A stretch of DNA of 64,000 nucleotides, taken from the NCBI GenBank assembly GCA_000165425.1, contig CT868285.1, forward strand, positions 310,001 through 374,000. Direction: 5' to 3'. Source of the DNA: Paramecium tetraurelia. Taxonomy: Eukaryota. The translations under genes were made by a program, and so were the position numbers. The stretch's first letter is position 1, and each line of letters begins with the position of its first letter. Shown one piece after another: positions 42,446 to 56,592 of this stretch. Below the pieces are notes generated by a model, which saw only the letters and a program-made list of their open reading frames with translations, searched no databases and had not been told where the DNA came from.

Positions 42446-42719
42446 TCAATATAATTTAATTAAATCCAAACATCTAGAAGCTATTCATAAAATTGACGTG
42501 TTTGTCCAATAATTAAAAAACCATATTAAAATGTATAATAGGATATTCACAAAATATTCATTATTGAGTTCTCGAAGTAATAAATATTAAAAATAAATAT
42601 AGTTTATTAAATTCAATAAGAAAAAGCATTGTTTAATAATCACAGGACCTACCTAAAAATACAATCGTTATACTTTGTCTCAATTCTCTATTTTTTATCG
42701 TCTCATGTGAAGATGCACA

Positions 42720-42959
42720 ATGAATATTGAAGAGCTAATTATTTAATTAAATACATCTGATGACTCAATTAATTATTATAAGAAAGAATAAAGTTCAAGA
42801 AAGCTAACAGAAGTATTGTAAAATATAAAATTATTGAATGCGATTAAAGAAAATTTACAAAAAATTCTAATTCTAAATCAAAAGGAATTATTAAAGATTA
42901 ATTAGAGATAGACTATAGATATTTAATTTCAATTGATGGATCTGAGTTTATAAATTTGA
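42720..42959 (+). CDS. Possible 79-aa coiled-coil ORF or gene relic
   Basis: ATG-TGA code-6 ORF starting MNIEELIIQLNTSDD. No recognisable motif. Confidence 0.25.
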
Positions 42960-44375
42960 ATCGGTAGTATATGTTTTAAAAATCCTCACATTTAAGATAG
43001 TAGTATAAGTAAGTAAAATCAAAATTAATGAAAAATAAAATTATATATGTGTAGCTCTTATACACATATAAAAGGATGGAAGGTCTTTTGAGCACTGAAA
43101 ATATTATAAATGATTAATTTAAAACTACAATTTTATATTTTTTATTGCTATTATAACCTTAATAATTAAAAGAAACGTGGTCTTGGTCTGGTGGCTCATA
43201 AAATTAAAAGTTCATTATAAATTTAGGGCTATAAAAAGATTATACTCTGCCAATTATTTTTATCCTATTCTTATAGTCAGTTTAGTTTGGTTAAGTAATT
43301 TTGGATATAATCACATTTGAATAATATCAATATTAAAAATCATATTTGATTATCGCATAAGCATCAATAGTACTTTAGGCAAATAAACTACAATTTAACG
43401 TATTTCTAATCCTTTTATATTATTACGAATCAAAGTCATTACAAACTAACATTATTTTTGAAAAATGGCAATTGATTGAATTATTATTCCAAATTAATAA
43501 AGATTTCCTTCTAATGCATCAAAATCTATTATATAGTTATGCGTATATTCAAGTTCTAAGATAAGTCAGTATAATTATGCTTACAACTAAATACAATTTA
43601 AAAAATTATGTATTTGAAATTATAATATTTTATACTTTCTTTTCTGGATTAAAATTTAAGACTAATTTGTTTAGAAATACAGAGTTAATTTATACCAATA
43701 TTTTAAAGTATTATACATTACAAAATAGTTAAGACTTTAATTCAAAAGTTAGATAAAACTATTTTATAGGTGTAAGTTCAAAATTAATTCTTTTAAATTA
43801 GGAAACTGTATACCTTATTTTTATAATATTTAATTTATCAATATTAGTTTGCAACTGAGTTTAAAGATATTGAATAAATTTATGTAGTAGTCTTTTTTCA
43901 CATCAAAAACTAAATTCAAATATTAATGAATGATTCTTTAAACAAAAATAAATTATGAATAGATTTATTAGATTAATATAGTAAACTAATATTAATTCAT
44001 TCAGTTAATTTAGCCAAAACTCTTGAAAGAGAATTAATTAAAGAATGATAACTAATAATTATTATCAATATGAATAATCTATTTAATTAAATGGTTGAAA
44101 TAATGATTAAAAAATTAAAGAAATGCCTTAATTTAATATTATATGTGTAAGTAAATAATTTAATTCTTTGATTACGAAATTTTTCCAAATACTTACTTAA
44201 ATAAAACAAATTTAAATGGCTTATAATTCTAAATTAAAAAATAATTAAGAATGAATGAAGATATAATAAAGTTGCTATTATAAAAAATTTATTGTGGTTT
44301 TATAACTAATGTATACTTCTGTTTATAATTAATTAGAATACATGAAAAGATGAGATATAAAAATAATTATAATTA

Positions 44376-47107
44376 ATGGTATTTTAATGTTGTGTTGCAT
44401 GTGGAAGGAAATCAGAAGGATTAGTGAAATTGCTTCCTCATTTCAAATCCTCCAGGGATTACGAGTATATCCATAAAAAGTGCCTATTATTTTACAAATC
44501 TGATTGGAATAATCGGTTGGCAGTCAATGATAAATTATTTTACAAGGATTACTTGCAACATTGTTCAATATGTGGGAAAAAAAACTATAAATAAGTTGTT
44601 CATTGTTCACAGAGGTATAATTAGAATGTGTAATTCGTAAAAGTTTATGTCAAAAGAGCTTTCACTTTGATTGTGTAGACAACCCTATAATATCTAAGAC
44701 TGAAGAGAATGGTCACCGCCCTCCTTAGTTATTGATATTTTGCTCATACCATGATTCAATCTAAAATGTTGTTACTGATTTAGATGAAGCAGTGAATTCC
44801 CTATATAACTCTTACTTAGTTTAGAAGGAATAATAGGAAGAACCACATTCGCATCATAGATCTAAGCATAAAAAGAAGCACAAAAAGAAGCATTCCCACA
44901 AAAGATCTCGTTCCCACAGAAAAAAATCAAGGCGTTCCAGCAAAAATTTGAAGTTTAGCGATGGAGAAGAGTCGGAATCAAAAAAATCGATTTCCGAAAT
45001 CATCAAGCCGATGTAGACTAATAAAAGTCTTCTAGTTATTCAGAAAAACATAATAACTAATGATTTGATCTGTCAAGCCTATTCAAGTAAACTGTAGAGC
45101 AAGCCTTAGATAGAGATAGAGTCTAAGGCACCAAAGACATTAAATTATGAAATTCAACATTAAAATCATTAATAATAGTAACAAATCAAGCCTTAGATAT
45201 TACCTTAAATATAATAGCCATTACAACAATAATAGATATAAAAAGAGAATCAGAAGAACATAATTATTAAATAATAAATATTTCCTTAGATAACTAAAAT
45301 TTCTGTGGAAGATCCAGAATTTCCAAGGTAAGAGAGAGAAACAAAGAGAGATTAATCTATTGCAAAATGGTGGGACAAGATAGAAGAAGTGTTTTTTAAA
45401 GGGGAAAAATAAATGCCTTTAACTAAATAAGAAGAGTTCGAAAATTCATTTTAATGGCATGAACAACCTTTAGATTAGGAGCTTTTAGATATTTCAGATG
45501 CGAGTAATTTTGGTATTGTTTTAATTTATGGATAGAACCAATAATTTAGTTAAGATATCTTTATAGAGACTCCATGAATGTTGTTTTTCGAACTTCACAA
45601 TCTTCCTATTAGTACACTAATTGTAAAACAATCTTTTAGATTCATACGATATAATCTCACTGATTAAATTGGTCGAACGAATACCAAAGGATAGATCCTA
45701 ACAAATCTAAGACTTTATAGATATCCATCAGAAAGTGTCCCTTTTTAAAGAAATTCGTAAATTTCTGAAAATGAAGTAAAAATATAAATTTGCTAAAAAG
45801 GAGCCAGTAGGAAAAAGTCTTATTTTTCATGAATCCTGCGAATTAAGCCAGGAGGATTTCGATCAATGCTTAATATTGGAAGATAAAATAAAATCATAAT
45901 ACTAACTTTTAGAATTGTAATTGGATATTGAAAATGAGACAGTCGAATAATTTGATATCGTATATCATGCATTAAAGGAAGATTTGAACGAAGTAGTTTA
46001 GCAAAATAATTAAATGAGAGAAAATATAAACAACTAAATAATCACTACTAAAGATCAATAGACAATGAAGACACTCAAGAAAAAACAATAAATGATTATG
46101 GATTTATTAAAATGGTCACAGATTGTCAAAGCCTTTATTAATGGATATAAGGACAAGCAGAAGGATATTCTAAATACATTTTACCCTTGTTTAAATTTAG
46201 ATTCTCAATCCTCATAAAAAGCCTAGTTAAAAAAGAAGAAAATTCATTCCAAAGAAAATTCAAAACCACTTGATACTGACTGCAAGATATGCTTTGATTA
46301 TCATTATACAGATTTTAATCCAGTTATCTATTGTGGTAGATGCTCAACATCATTCCATAAAATTTGTTATTGTTTTATAGGAAATCTTGATGAATAAGAT
46401 GTCCTTTGTGATGCATGTTTATTTGAATAAAACAAATCAGGTACAACAAAAAGGAGTAATATATTATTTTATTTCAGATCCAGCAAAATGTAGGATTTGC
46501 AAAAAATTAGGGCTTCCTTAAAAACAAATTGATAATCAATTTTATCATGTTTCGTGCTTATTACTAACAAATTTAGTCATTATAAAAAAAGGCGTTTATA
46601 AAGTGAGAAATAGTAAGAGTGATATTAAGTAATTCTGTAAGGACAATGAAACAAGTACTCCTTAATGTGCTATTTGTGGCGATGACAAGGGTATTGATTT
46701 TTTCATTATAGGATTTCGATTTACTTGTTTTGGCAATGAAACAATCCCTTGTAGACATGCATTCCATCCTTTATGTGCTTACCTTCATGGACTAACAATT
46801 GATATAGAGAGTGAAGACATAGAAAAATGTTTTGCAGAACAAAAGTTTGGATAATTGAATGTTCGAATTTAATGTGTGTTACATTGTGGAAAAGATTTAC
46901 AAGATTTATTACTTCAAACTTATTATAGGTAATCCTTATTGACAAATATGTTTAGACGATTTGCATTAAATTATGAATCAGCAGCTTAATGTGGAGGCTA
47001 AGATGTATTTTTAGAATAATTTAAAACAACAAAAGGATATAAATATTTATACTCAAAGTAACCAATATCGAAGAATGACACTTTATAATCATAAATACAT
47101 AATTTGA
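44376..47107 (+). CDS. Multi-PHD chromatin reader: N-terminal extended PHD plus C-terminal PZP module (BRPF/JADE/AF10-like)
   Basis: CVAC..IHKKC..CSICG..C..C.KSFHFDC..FC.YH, then CKICF..IYCGRCSTSFHKICY..LCDAC, CRIC..FYHVSC, CAIC..CRHAFHPLCA. The start is uncertain. Confidence 0.82.
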
Positions 47108-47553
47108 ATGGAACAACAACATTGATGTGAGTAGTATTAAAATTAAAATTATTTAATTAATGGAAGATCAACTTCTTTCTTTATTCACATTCATTTTGAT
47201 TAATTAATGTATTTTTATTATTTATTCGCATAACTAAAATGAATTTGTTGTTTCTTTTTTCGATAATTTGTTTATTCTATAAAATGATAAGATAATAAAA
47301 TTTAAAGATTTTATGCATGATGCAGTTCTCCTAATAGAAAATATTAGAGGAAATTTTATTATTCCATATATTCAAGAAAGTTTAAATGTTTTAACGATAC
47401 TTCTTAAAATTATTTATTATATAAATCATTTCGCTGAATATAGGTTGTTATTGGTATTCTCTGGAATTTATGGAAAATATGATTTTCCATTTTTATTAGT
47501 ATTTTTCAGTATTTATCCCAATAATATGATTTTTTTGATGAATTATTTAATAA

Positions 47554-49890
47554 ATGTAATATTTTGTTCCGCAATGCCACATTGTTATAGAATAAGCGGT
47601 TTTGAGAGAAAACTATGAGTTTGGATAGGTCTAACTAAAAGAAGTGCAGTTGGCTTAGTTATATAAATATGCAACGCATCATCATTCCCATCATCATAAT
47701 AATTATATTCTAGCGTAAAATCTGATTAAAGAGTTGATTTGCCACTTCAGAGACTAAAAAATGTATAGATTTTTAATAGAGTAATATATAATTTCACAAT
47801 TTAGGTTGGTTTAAAAGTTAATAACTAAAGCAGACATTATATAATACTCAAATAGAAATGCTATAGCTTTGAAACCACACCTTGCTAGCCAAATAGCTTC
47901 TCTAGAGTATGCAGCTAATACTATTAATAATTTTCCACAACTTATTGCATTACGAGATATAATATTAGGGTATTTTTCAACGACCTTCCAGACACCTCCT
48001 TTTATAATAAACTAGTATCTTATAGATCTATTTAATGAGCAATTCATTAAAGACATCTATTTGACATAGTTTAACCAAGTACATTAAGTTCAGCTTATCA
48101 CTTATGGGCATCATTATACACCTAATTATTCATCCTTCACTTTTTATCTATAAGATGATGATATTTACTCTCAGGTTCAACCTCAAATAAATACTGTTGT
48201 AACTTCATAATACAATTATCAATAACCACCTTAAAATCCTTATTAATCATACCCAACAAATCAACAACAATTGAACATGACCGATTCATAATATTAAAAA
48301 TATTAATCCCAACAAACTTCATATTAATAATAATAGCCATAATAGATAACTTACAACAATTATAACAATTAGAGTACCTATGTTCAACCTTCAAATCCAT
48401 ATTAGAGTGTTCCTTAACCGTAAATATTAGGTTATTTGAACAATAATTAAAATTAAGCCAATCCATACTCTTCTCCTCCATAGCCATCAATAGTGGGATA
48501 CTAATAGACGTCAACTTACAATTATAACAATTAAACAACAGCTCAAACATAATAGTACTAAGCAGTCCCACCTTAGTCAGCTCTAAATTAAGGTTAACCA
48601 AATTATTAAACTCAACCTTCAGGATATTAAAATTCCACTTAGCCACCAGGATATTAAAATCCCTCATAAATCCCAGGATATTAAAACCCCTTATAATCCC
48701 CTGGATATTAAGATCCCTCATAAATCCCAGGATATTAAAATCCCTTATAATCCCCTGGATATTAAGATCCCTCTTAAATCCCAGGATATTAAAATCCCTC
48801 ATAATCTCCAGGATACTAAGATCCATCTTAAATCCCAGGATATTAAAATCCATTATAATCCCCAGGATATTAAAATACATCTTAATCTCCAGGATATTAA
48901 AATAACTCTTAACTTCCAGGATATTAAAATATGTCCTAACCTCCAGGTTATTAAAATTCCTCTTTACCTAATCATCCTAAATAGATTGCTTAATTTCCTC
49001 CTACTCAAGGATATTAATATAGTCTTCAAAATAACTAAGATTATTAAAGCTAGTAAAATTAAGTTTATCCTAATTAAATATCACCCTCCTATCCAATATC
49101 AAATTTTAACAATGATCCAAAATAACCAGTTGAATAATAAAATAATTATAACACAAATCCAAATTAACAGTAGAACCCACAATATCAATAGCCTCCTCCA
49201 TATTCTTAAGGTTAGGCTTAATCATATGAATCAAAATAATTGGCTACAACCTAAGTTGCATAAAATGTTGCCCAAGCTCCAGATCAAACTAAAGAATAAT
49301 ATTAGGGTAATCTAGATCAAAATAATTAAAATATCCAAGCTCAATTAGTTAAACAAAATTCAAATGTCTAATAACCAATTCCAGATCTAAGATAGGCTAC
49401 ATCTATATATTCACATCCAATCCCTGACAATAATTAATTAGAATATCAAAATCCTTCTAATTAAACTTCAGGAAATCCATAAATGGCTCCTCCTCCTCCT
49501 CCACCTCCACCTCCTCCTCCTCCTCCCGCCCAGCAATAGCCTTCTTAAGAGTTCTTAAATTAAAAAAATATAAAAGAATAAAATCCAGTTCCTTAATAAG
49601 GATCCCTCAACTTTTAAAATTCAATTTAAAATAATATGCCAGCATAAGATGATAAAAGCTTATTAGAAGCATTATTTTTGAATTAAAGCTTAAAAAATCT
49701 ATAACTAATTGACAATAAAGGTGCTCCTTTAATTGATTAAAAGATTTCGTTTAGGAATGATAGAGATGTCAAAGGATTTAAGAATCATGATGAACATGCT
49801 TTGTACATTTTAAAATGCTACATTGAAGGAAAATATGCACAAAATAAAATAGATAGAACAGCAGAAATGAAGAATTTAGTGAGTTTCTGA
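47554..49890 (+). CDS. Gln/Pro/Tyr-rich protein with a weakly IST1-like (ESCRT-III-associated) N-terminal helical domain, nonapeptide repeats and a poly-Pro tract
   Basis: Open code-6 frame with one intron near 47781-47804. LASQIASLEYAANTINNFPQLIALRDIILGYF resembles IST1 helices (weak). TGA at 49888-49890. Confidence 0.6.
48619..48963 (+). repeat. 27-bp coding minisatellite, ~13 copies, encoding PGYQ(N/D)P(S/L)Q(I/S)
   Basis: Repeated ccaggatattaaaatccctcataaatc-like units with an alternating 54-bp higher-order pattern. Confidence 0.95.
49489..49527 (+). repeat. Poly-proline tract (13 Pro)
   Basis: Run of cct/cca/ccc codons in frame. Confidence 0.9.
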
Positions 49891-50615
49891 AAAAGATGAA
49901 TTATTTTAATATCAATATACAAAAATGAATTACTATAATAATTTTAAAGGGTGAAACTACAAGTGATTATTCCTCCATTTCTTATTCAATAAATAAATTT
50001 TGTAACATTCATTAACAATACGACGTGAGTAGACTTCTTTGTTTTCCATTCCTTATTATTAATAATTAGATAAGCAATCTGCAATTAATAATATTGCCTA
50101 GTTAAAAAATAATTACTAATCAGATTTGAAAATATAATATTTAGCTAAATAATTTAGAATAATTAACTTTCTAAACATAAAAACTAAATACTATAAATCA
50201 AATTAAGCCTTGAATCAAAATTAAAGCCAATCCAAATCTCACACATAAAACAAATCGCCAACCAATTTTCTTTAGATAATTACAATAAAATTATGGATAT
50301 TGATATTTATAAAGAATACTCAAAATGGAAAAGTTTAGTTTAGCATGGATGTAAAATTCTAATGAGAGTATAATTAAGTTAATATGAACAACAAGGAATT
50401 TTAGATTAAATTAAAACAACCATCTTTAAACAGGTGCTTTAATATTATATGTATTATAACAATAATTAAAATAATTTATAATCATTCAATAAACAATATT
50501 CATTTTTTATCTACATGTATAAAATTAATAAATTCTTATTTATTATTTTTAGTTATTTGGCTTGTCATTTGATGACCAATTAAATAATATTATTATCATA
50601 AATTAAATATTTTTA

Positions 50616-52644
50616 ATGCCTAGTGTCCTTTCAAAGATTCCTTTGCCATAATCATTTCAAAATAAGGTACTTTCAGGGGCAGTTTTGGTGCTAATTTTAA
50701 TGATTCTGAAATCGAAAAAAGAAGCGTCGTCGCCTAGAAAGATACCGAGAAGACAAGGACAAGGGAATGTTGACAAAGTGTTTATGAACAGAATCTTAGA
50801 TTTATTGAAAATTGTTATTCCTTCAATTAAAAGCATGGAAGTATTTGATTTGAGTGTTCTAACAGTGTTTTTATTTATTCGTACTATGATGAGTATATAT
50901 ATCTCATCTTTGAATGGTAGAATAGTTAAAACAATTATTAATGGTGATTTGGAAAAATTTATAAAAAAAGTATGAGAATAATATAATTTAGATCGTCCAA
51001 TTAGGTTTAGTTGCTGTGCCTGCGAGTTTTGTAAATAGTTATTTAGAATATCTAAATAAATCACTTTCCCTCAGATTTAGAAGGAGATTAACAGAATACT
51101 TCCATGATCAATACATCAAAAATATGATCTTTTATTAAGTTTCAAATCTGGATAGTCGTGTTGCTAATCCTGATTAAAGATTAACAACTGATATAGAGAA
51201 GTGGGCTAACTCATTGTCTCAAATTTACTCAAATTTTTCTAAACCAATTTTGGATATATTTTTATTCTCAAAAAAATTAGCAGTTTCAATTGGATACTAA
51301 GGACCCATGTATGTGTTCCTATGGTATTTCTTTTCAGGAGTACTACTAAAAATTGTGTCTCCTGCATTTGGTAAATTAACTGCTATCGATTAAAAATTAG
51401 AAGGTGAATATAGAAGTGTTCATAGTCAATTGTTATATCATGCAGAAGAAGTAGCATTTTTATAGGGATAAAATTGGGAAAAACTAAAGATTAACTAATC
51501 ATATTAATAACTTAATAAGCATTAGATAGTAGTGAACAAGTTAAGATTATTTATGGGAATATTTGATGGGTTGCTTGTTAAATATGGTGCAGTTATGGCA
51601 GGATATGGAATTATGGGATTACCAGTTTTTGGACCCAATAGTGAAGAATATTTAAAAAAAATTGGAAATGATAAAAGTGCAATTACAAGAGATTATGTTA
51701 GCAATAGTTCACTTTTGATAAATTTGGCTAAAGCAATTGGGAGATTGGTTGTCAGTTATAAAGAAATATAACAATTAGCTGGATACACTAGGGTTGTTTA
51801 TGAAATAAAGGAAGTATTATCTGATTTGTCTTCTGGATATTATAAAAGAACTTAGGTACAATAAGAAAATGAAACTGGATAAGTAGTTATTGATTAGGGA
51901 AAGCATTAGACAATTTAATTAGACAAAGGCTAGGTAATTTAATTTTTTATTTTAGATTATTCAAACTTAAGACATAATTGAATTCGACAATGTACCTATC
52001 ATTTCTCCAAATGGAGATACACTAATTAAGGGCATGTGTTTTAAAATCACACCTGGAATGAATGTTATCATTAGTGGACCTAATGGTTGTGGAAAATCCT
52101 CTCTTTTTAGAATTTTGGGAGCATTATGGCCAGTCTAAGGTGGTACCTTGTATAGACCTGCGATTGATAAATTATTTTACATTCCTCAAAGACCTTATTT
52201 ACCTCCAGGAACTTTAAGAGATTAGATTATTTACCCTCATACTAAATTGTAGATGTTAAGAAGAAAGATAAATGACTAAGATCTGATAAAATTATTAGAG
52301 GATGTTTAGTTAGAATATTTGGTTTATAGAGAAAGAGGTTTGGATGCAGCAAATGATTGGAATGATGTCTTAAGTGGAGGAGAAAAACAACGTATTGCCA
52401 TGGCTAGATTATTCTATCATAAACCATAATATGCTATTTTAGGTATCATTACTAATATAATTCAATAGATGAATGCACATCTTCTGTTAGCATGGACATT
52501 GAAGCAATTATGTACAATAAAGCTAAAGCTTTAAATATAACCTTGTTTACAGTATCACACAGGCAATCATTATTTAAATTTCATGAGTATATTCTTAAAT
52601 TTGATGGGGAGGGAAGATATTGGTTCAATAAATAAAATATTTGA
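50616..52644 (+). CDS. Peroxisomal ABC transporter, subfamily D (half transporter)
   Basis: NPDQRLTTD, EEVAF (EAA-like motif), Walker [46 protein letters not shown]. Confidence 0.95.
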
Positions 52645-53051
52645 GAATATTTATAACATAATAAAGTAATAATAATGTTTAAGCAAAAATCTTTATAATT
52701 TTAATCAGCTACATTCCTCTATTTATTTTGCATTATAAATAAATAATTTCTAATAATACTAAGAATTAAATGTAGAAGTGTTATTTATTAATTACAGTTA
52801 ATCAGAAAAAACATAATTATCTTAGTTTTGTGTGTTCTTTCTTTGATTTTCTCATTTAATATCCTATCTCTTATAATCATCAGATTGGTATCCATATTAA
52901 ATTTGTAAGAATCTTCTATTAAACTCTATTTAGTTTAAAGGCAACTTGTGTAGACTCATAGACAATCTAACGTAAATAGAAATTATCAAAAATCTAATAT
53001 TATAGATATGAAATGTGATGTTTGTAAAATAATATTTTTATATTAAATTAA

Positions 53052-54760
53052 ATGAATTAATCAATCTCTATCCTTTATTAAGTATTGGAAACCAGCTCAG
53101 GAACAGCGTTTATAGTAGAAGAAAAAAGCTAAAATATTGGAACAAAATATTATGCTTTTTGTTTTAATTAGGAAAAAGTTATGAGTGAATCTTTATAAGA
53201 TTAAATAAAAATTATTGAAAAATAAAGTCACAAAGATTTATATAGAAAATATATTAAAATGCACATGGAGGGTCAAAAATAATTCTTTTTATTTGAATAT
53301 ATTGAAGAGAGTCAATTTTTAGATCAAAAAATAAAGGATTACTCCAAAATTCAGAGATCTTTTCAATATCCTGAAATACAATCATACCTTAAAAACTTAT
53401 TATTAGCCTTATATCAATTGCATAAAAATTAAATGCCTGGAAGAGTTTTTTCAACTTTTAATATAGTTGTTCAACCAAACAATAAAATTGTGTTAATGGA
53501 TTTTGGATTCGAACCATAAATTGAACAAAATTACTTAGATATATTGGCACCACCTGAATATTTGAAGAAAATAATTGATAAAGGTATTATTTTGTAAAAT
53601 ATTTAGAAAATGCAAATTAAACAGATTATAAATTTGATTTAAAATTTGATTCTTGGTTGCTTGGAGCATTTTTATATCACTTAATAAAATTTTAATCTAT
53701 TAACTAAGTTAAAGTAAACAATATTGATATACGATTTAAATATGATAAAAAAGAAGAATTTTATGAATATTTGAAGAATATCGAATATATACCTTGTTAA
53801 ACAACAAGATACAAAAATACACTGCTCTCCTTAGTCTAAGGATTACTTACTTGTGATCCAAAGAAAAGATTATCATTTTTATAAATTTATTAACATCCAT
53901 TCATTTAAGATCTTCAACTTTAGGGTTAACAAGAATATATTCAATTCTATTCGTAATGTCAATACATTAGAGATTTACAAAATGAAGTAATTGATACAAG
54001 AGAATTGAATAGAGATCCTCCTCCAATTATGGAAGTACCAACAAGATAACCTAATTATTTGCATGTTATTTTGAACAAACCTTAATTTTCAGATTAAAGC
54101 TTTTATAACTATTGGTTCAAAATTTAATTGGATTGTTTGAGATGCTATTTATTAGTTTAAACAGCTGATAAAATTACAATTTTGTCAAATTATAATTATC
54201 CTTTTATAAAGGTGCTGGTTTATATTATTAAAAAAATGCATTTACTTATTTTAAGGGAAATGAATAATTATTTGAAATCAGAACTTTATTAAAATTAACC
54301 AAATAGAAATTGGCAAATCTTTTTGAATCAACATTAGAGAGATCTAATCTCAACTGAATAAATAAATTTATATCTGAAAGTATTAGAATAAGAATTGAAA
54401 ATAATTTTTGAACAACATTGTTAGATTCATTTACAATAGGGTTCTTTACTTCCTCTAGAAATATAGCAATCATTGAATGATAATAGAGATCAAGATCCAT
54501 ATTATTACTTTTTGAATGGTTATGCAGATGCTATATCAATGCTACTCATATATGTTGATTAATTAATAACTTAAAATCAGCTATTTAAATTAGAAGAATT
54601 ATAAAGTTTCAAGAAGTTAATTTATTTTTGTGTAGATATCAATATTTCTTTTCAATCTTAAACATTTAAAGAATAATTTTAAAAACTAACATATAACAAT
54701 CAAGAAGTGCAACCAAAAGATATAATTACTTTTCTTGGTATTACCAATAAGTTTGGATGA
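53052..54760 (+). CDS. Protein pseudokinase, copy A, with helical C-terminal extension
   Basis: Kinase fold with LHKNQMPGRVFSTFNI (no HRD Asp), MDFG, APPEY, FDSWLLG and DPKKRLSF..HPF. No GxGxxG loop or VAIK lysine. Intron near 53584-53607. Confidence 0.8.
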
Positions 54761-55299
54761 TTTAATATTAATAAATAAATATAATAATAATTATTTTATT
54801 TTCATTAAAATCTCATCCAATTAGAGATACTTAAAAAATTTAATTATAAGCACTTTATCAAAACAATACCAAATTTTATTTTTGATTAATCAAATTGTTT
54901 CTATGAATATTTAATCATAATTATAAAAATAATTTTTCATCTGAGAAAAAAATGAATTCAATCAAATGATTCAATAAGATAAGTGTGCGAAGATATTATT
55001 TAAATTAAATATAACTATAATCAGATTTCAAAAGGTGATCAAGGCTTGTCAAAATAGACAATTTATTCCAAATGCTTAATTATTTTATATCTTATACTCT
55101 TTTTTGAATCAAAAATGCGAAAATACTTTTATCTTCTGATTTTGTAGTGAACTTATTCTTATTTGATTTTAAACTATCTCATTTTTATGAGTGCACTACG
55201 CAAAGTTACCAAATTAAAATGTTCTGTTTTTAGCAATCTACTATAAAAGGGTTTTTCATCCTAAAAAATAATATTTTCAATGACTTTGAGAATTATTTA

Positions 55300-55883
55300 T
55301 CCTTTTTGACGGTTTTTTACAGCTCAGATTCAATTGTTCAAGAAATACACCGTTCTATTAAAAGTAAGCTAAGTTATATAAATTATATAAGTCTCTTATT
55401 AGGGTCAGATTCTAAAATTTGCATTTCAAATCTTTAAAGTCTAAGGGAGACTTTTGCTATCAATTTACTAACATTTCTTCCAAAAACTGTCAATTATTTA
55501 TTCTGTATCATGTCCATCATAAATTACTCAAAATTAGATTATTGCTATAAAATATAGGAAATCCTATAATTTTAATGAATATGACAATTATTATTGCTAA
55601 AAAGTGGAATTTAAATAAATCTTAATTATTGTTTTTTAAATATCAGGTGGAGTATATTCAGGTTGTCTCCCATAAGGATCGTATATCTATTAATTGATTC
55701 GAGCAAAGCCAAATTTGCATAGCATAAATTTATAATCTGGGGTTATTAATATATCCTCTGGCTTAATGCCGCGATGTGCAATCCTGATGAATATAAAGAG
55801 TTTGTAGAAATTAATTGGCAAGCAAGTGTTTTTGATAAACTTGGCTAAACCCTTTATAACGTGAATTCTATAATATTTTTCAT
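55300..55883 (-). pseudogene. Decayed protein kinase fragment
   Basis: IAHRGIKPEDILI..LCKFGFAR..YTPPD. A 1-nt frameshift lies near 55781 between LYSSG and IAHR, and no N-lobe is visible. Confidence 0.7.
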
Positions 55884-56035
55884 TTATTTAATTTATAAAT
55901 TATATATTATTTATAAATAGGTTGATTGCATAGATATTAATTGTTTATTTTCGGTGTTTAAATGGTGATTCTATTTTTGAATTAAAGAATAAGTAAGCTC
56001 TCAATTCTAATTTTATTTAATGTGTATTTTTTATT

Positions 56036-56592
56036 ATGATAAAAAAATTGATGGTATATTTATATTAAAGCGATTAATTATTATTATTTTCATCTTTTAA
56101 TTTTTGGATGCAGGAGAAATAGACGAATGCCAATCTAACCATATCAACACAATTTCTTATGTGAGTATTCAGTCAATAAAAGGCCAATCTTCTATGAACT
56201 TTTTGATAACTTTATTGTGCCTTGAATTACCTGTGTGAATTGAGTGTGGTGTTGGAAGGAGAGTTAAAGACATTCTCTGGACTCTCAAGAGGTATCTTTT
56301 TAGGAAGGGTTTAGAGGAAAAGTAGGAATTCTGAAAATCGAAAAAGATAGGGGGGAATATAAATAGCAAAAAATAAAAAGGATAAATTAAATACATGAAC
56401 AAAAAGAAGAAGTAAACTGAAGCCTTTAGAGATACAGGGTGGAAACCTAAATTAGAAATATAGGCTAAGTAACCTTTGAGCCGTGCGTCGATGAAGCTTC
56501 AGCCCAATAAGGGAATAAGAAGGAGTAAAGAAACATTAAGTGTGAATAAATTCAATTCTAAGAATTCTTCTCCTTTACAGCCCTTGTTTTGA
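56036..56592 (+). CDS. Hypothetical basic protein; exon structure unresolved
   Basis: Raised GC and an open 3' frame ..EAFRDTGWKPKLE..SPLQPLF ending in TGA. The 5' part needs inferred introns. Confidence 0.35.

Noticed and set aside
47313..47618. 101-aa hydrophobic ORF in the track
   Set aside because: AT-rich chance ORF overlapping the start of the real gene in another frame.
48137..48880. 247-aa minus-strand ORF with DFNILGF repeats in the track
   Set aside because: Antisense shadow of the plus-strand PGYQ minisatellite, which lies in a longer coherent code-6 gene.
48619..48963. Possible CRISPR-like array
   Set aside because: Contiguous 27-bp coding units with no unique spacers, no cas genes and a eukaryotic context.
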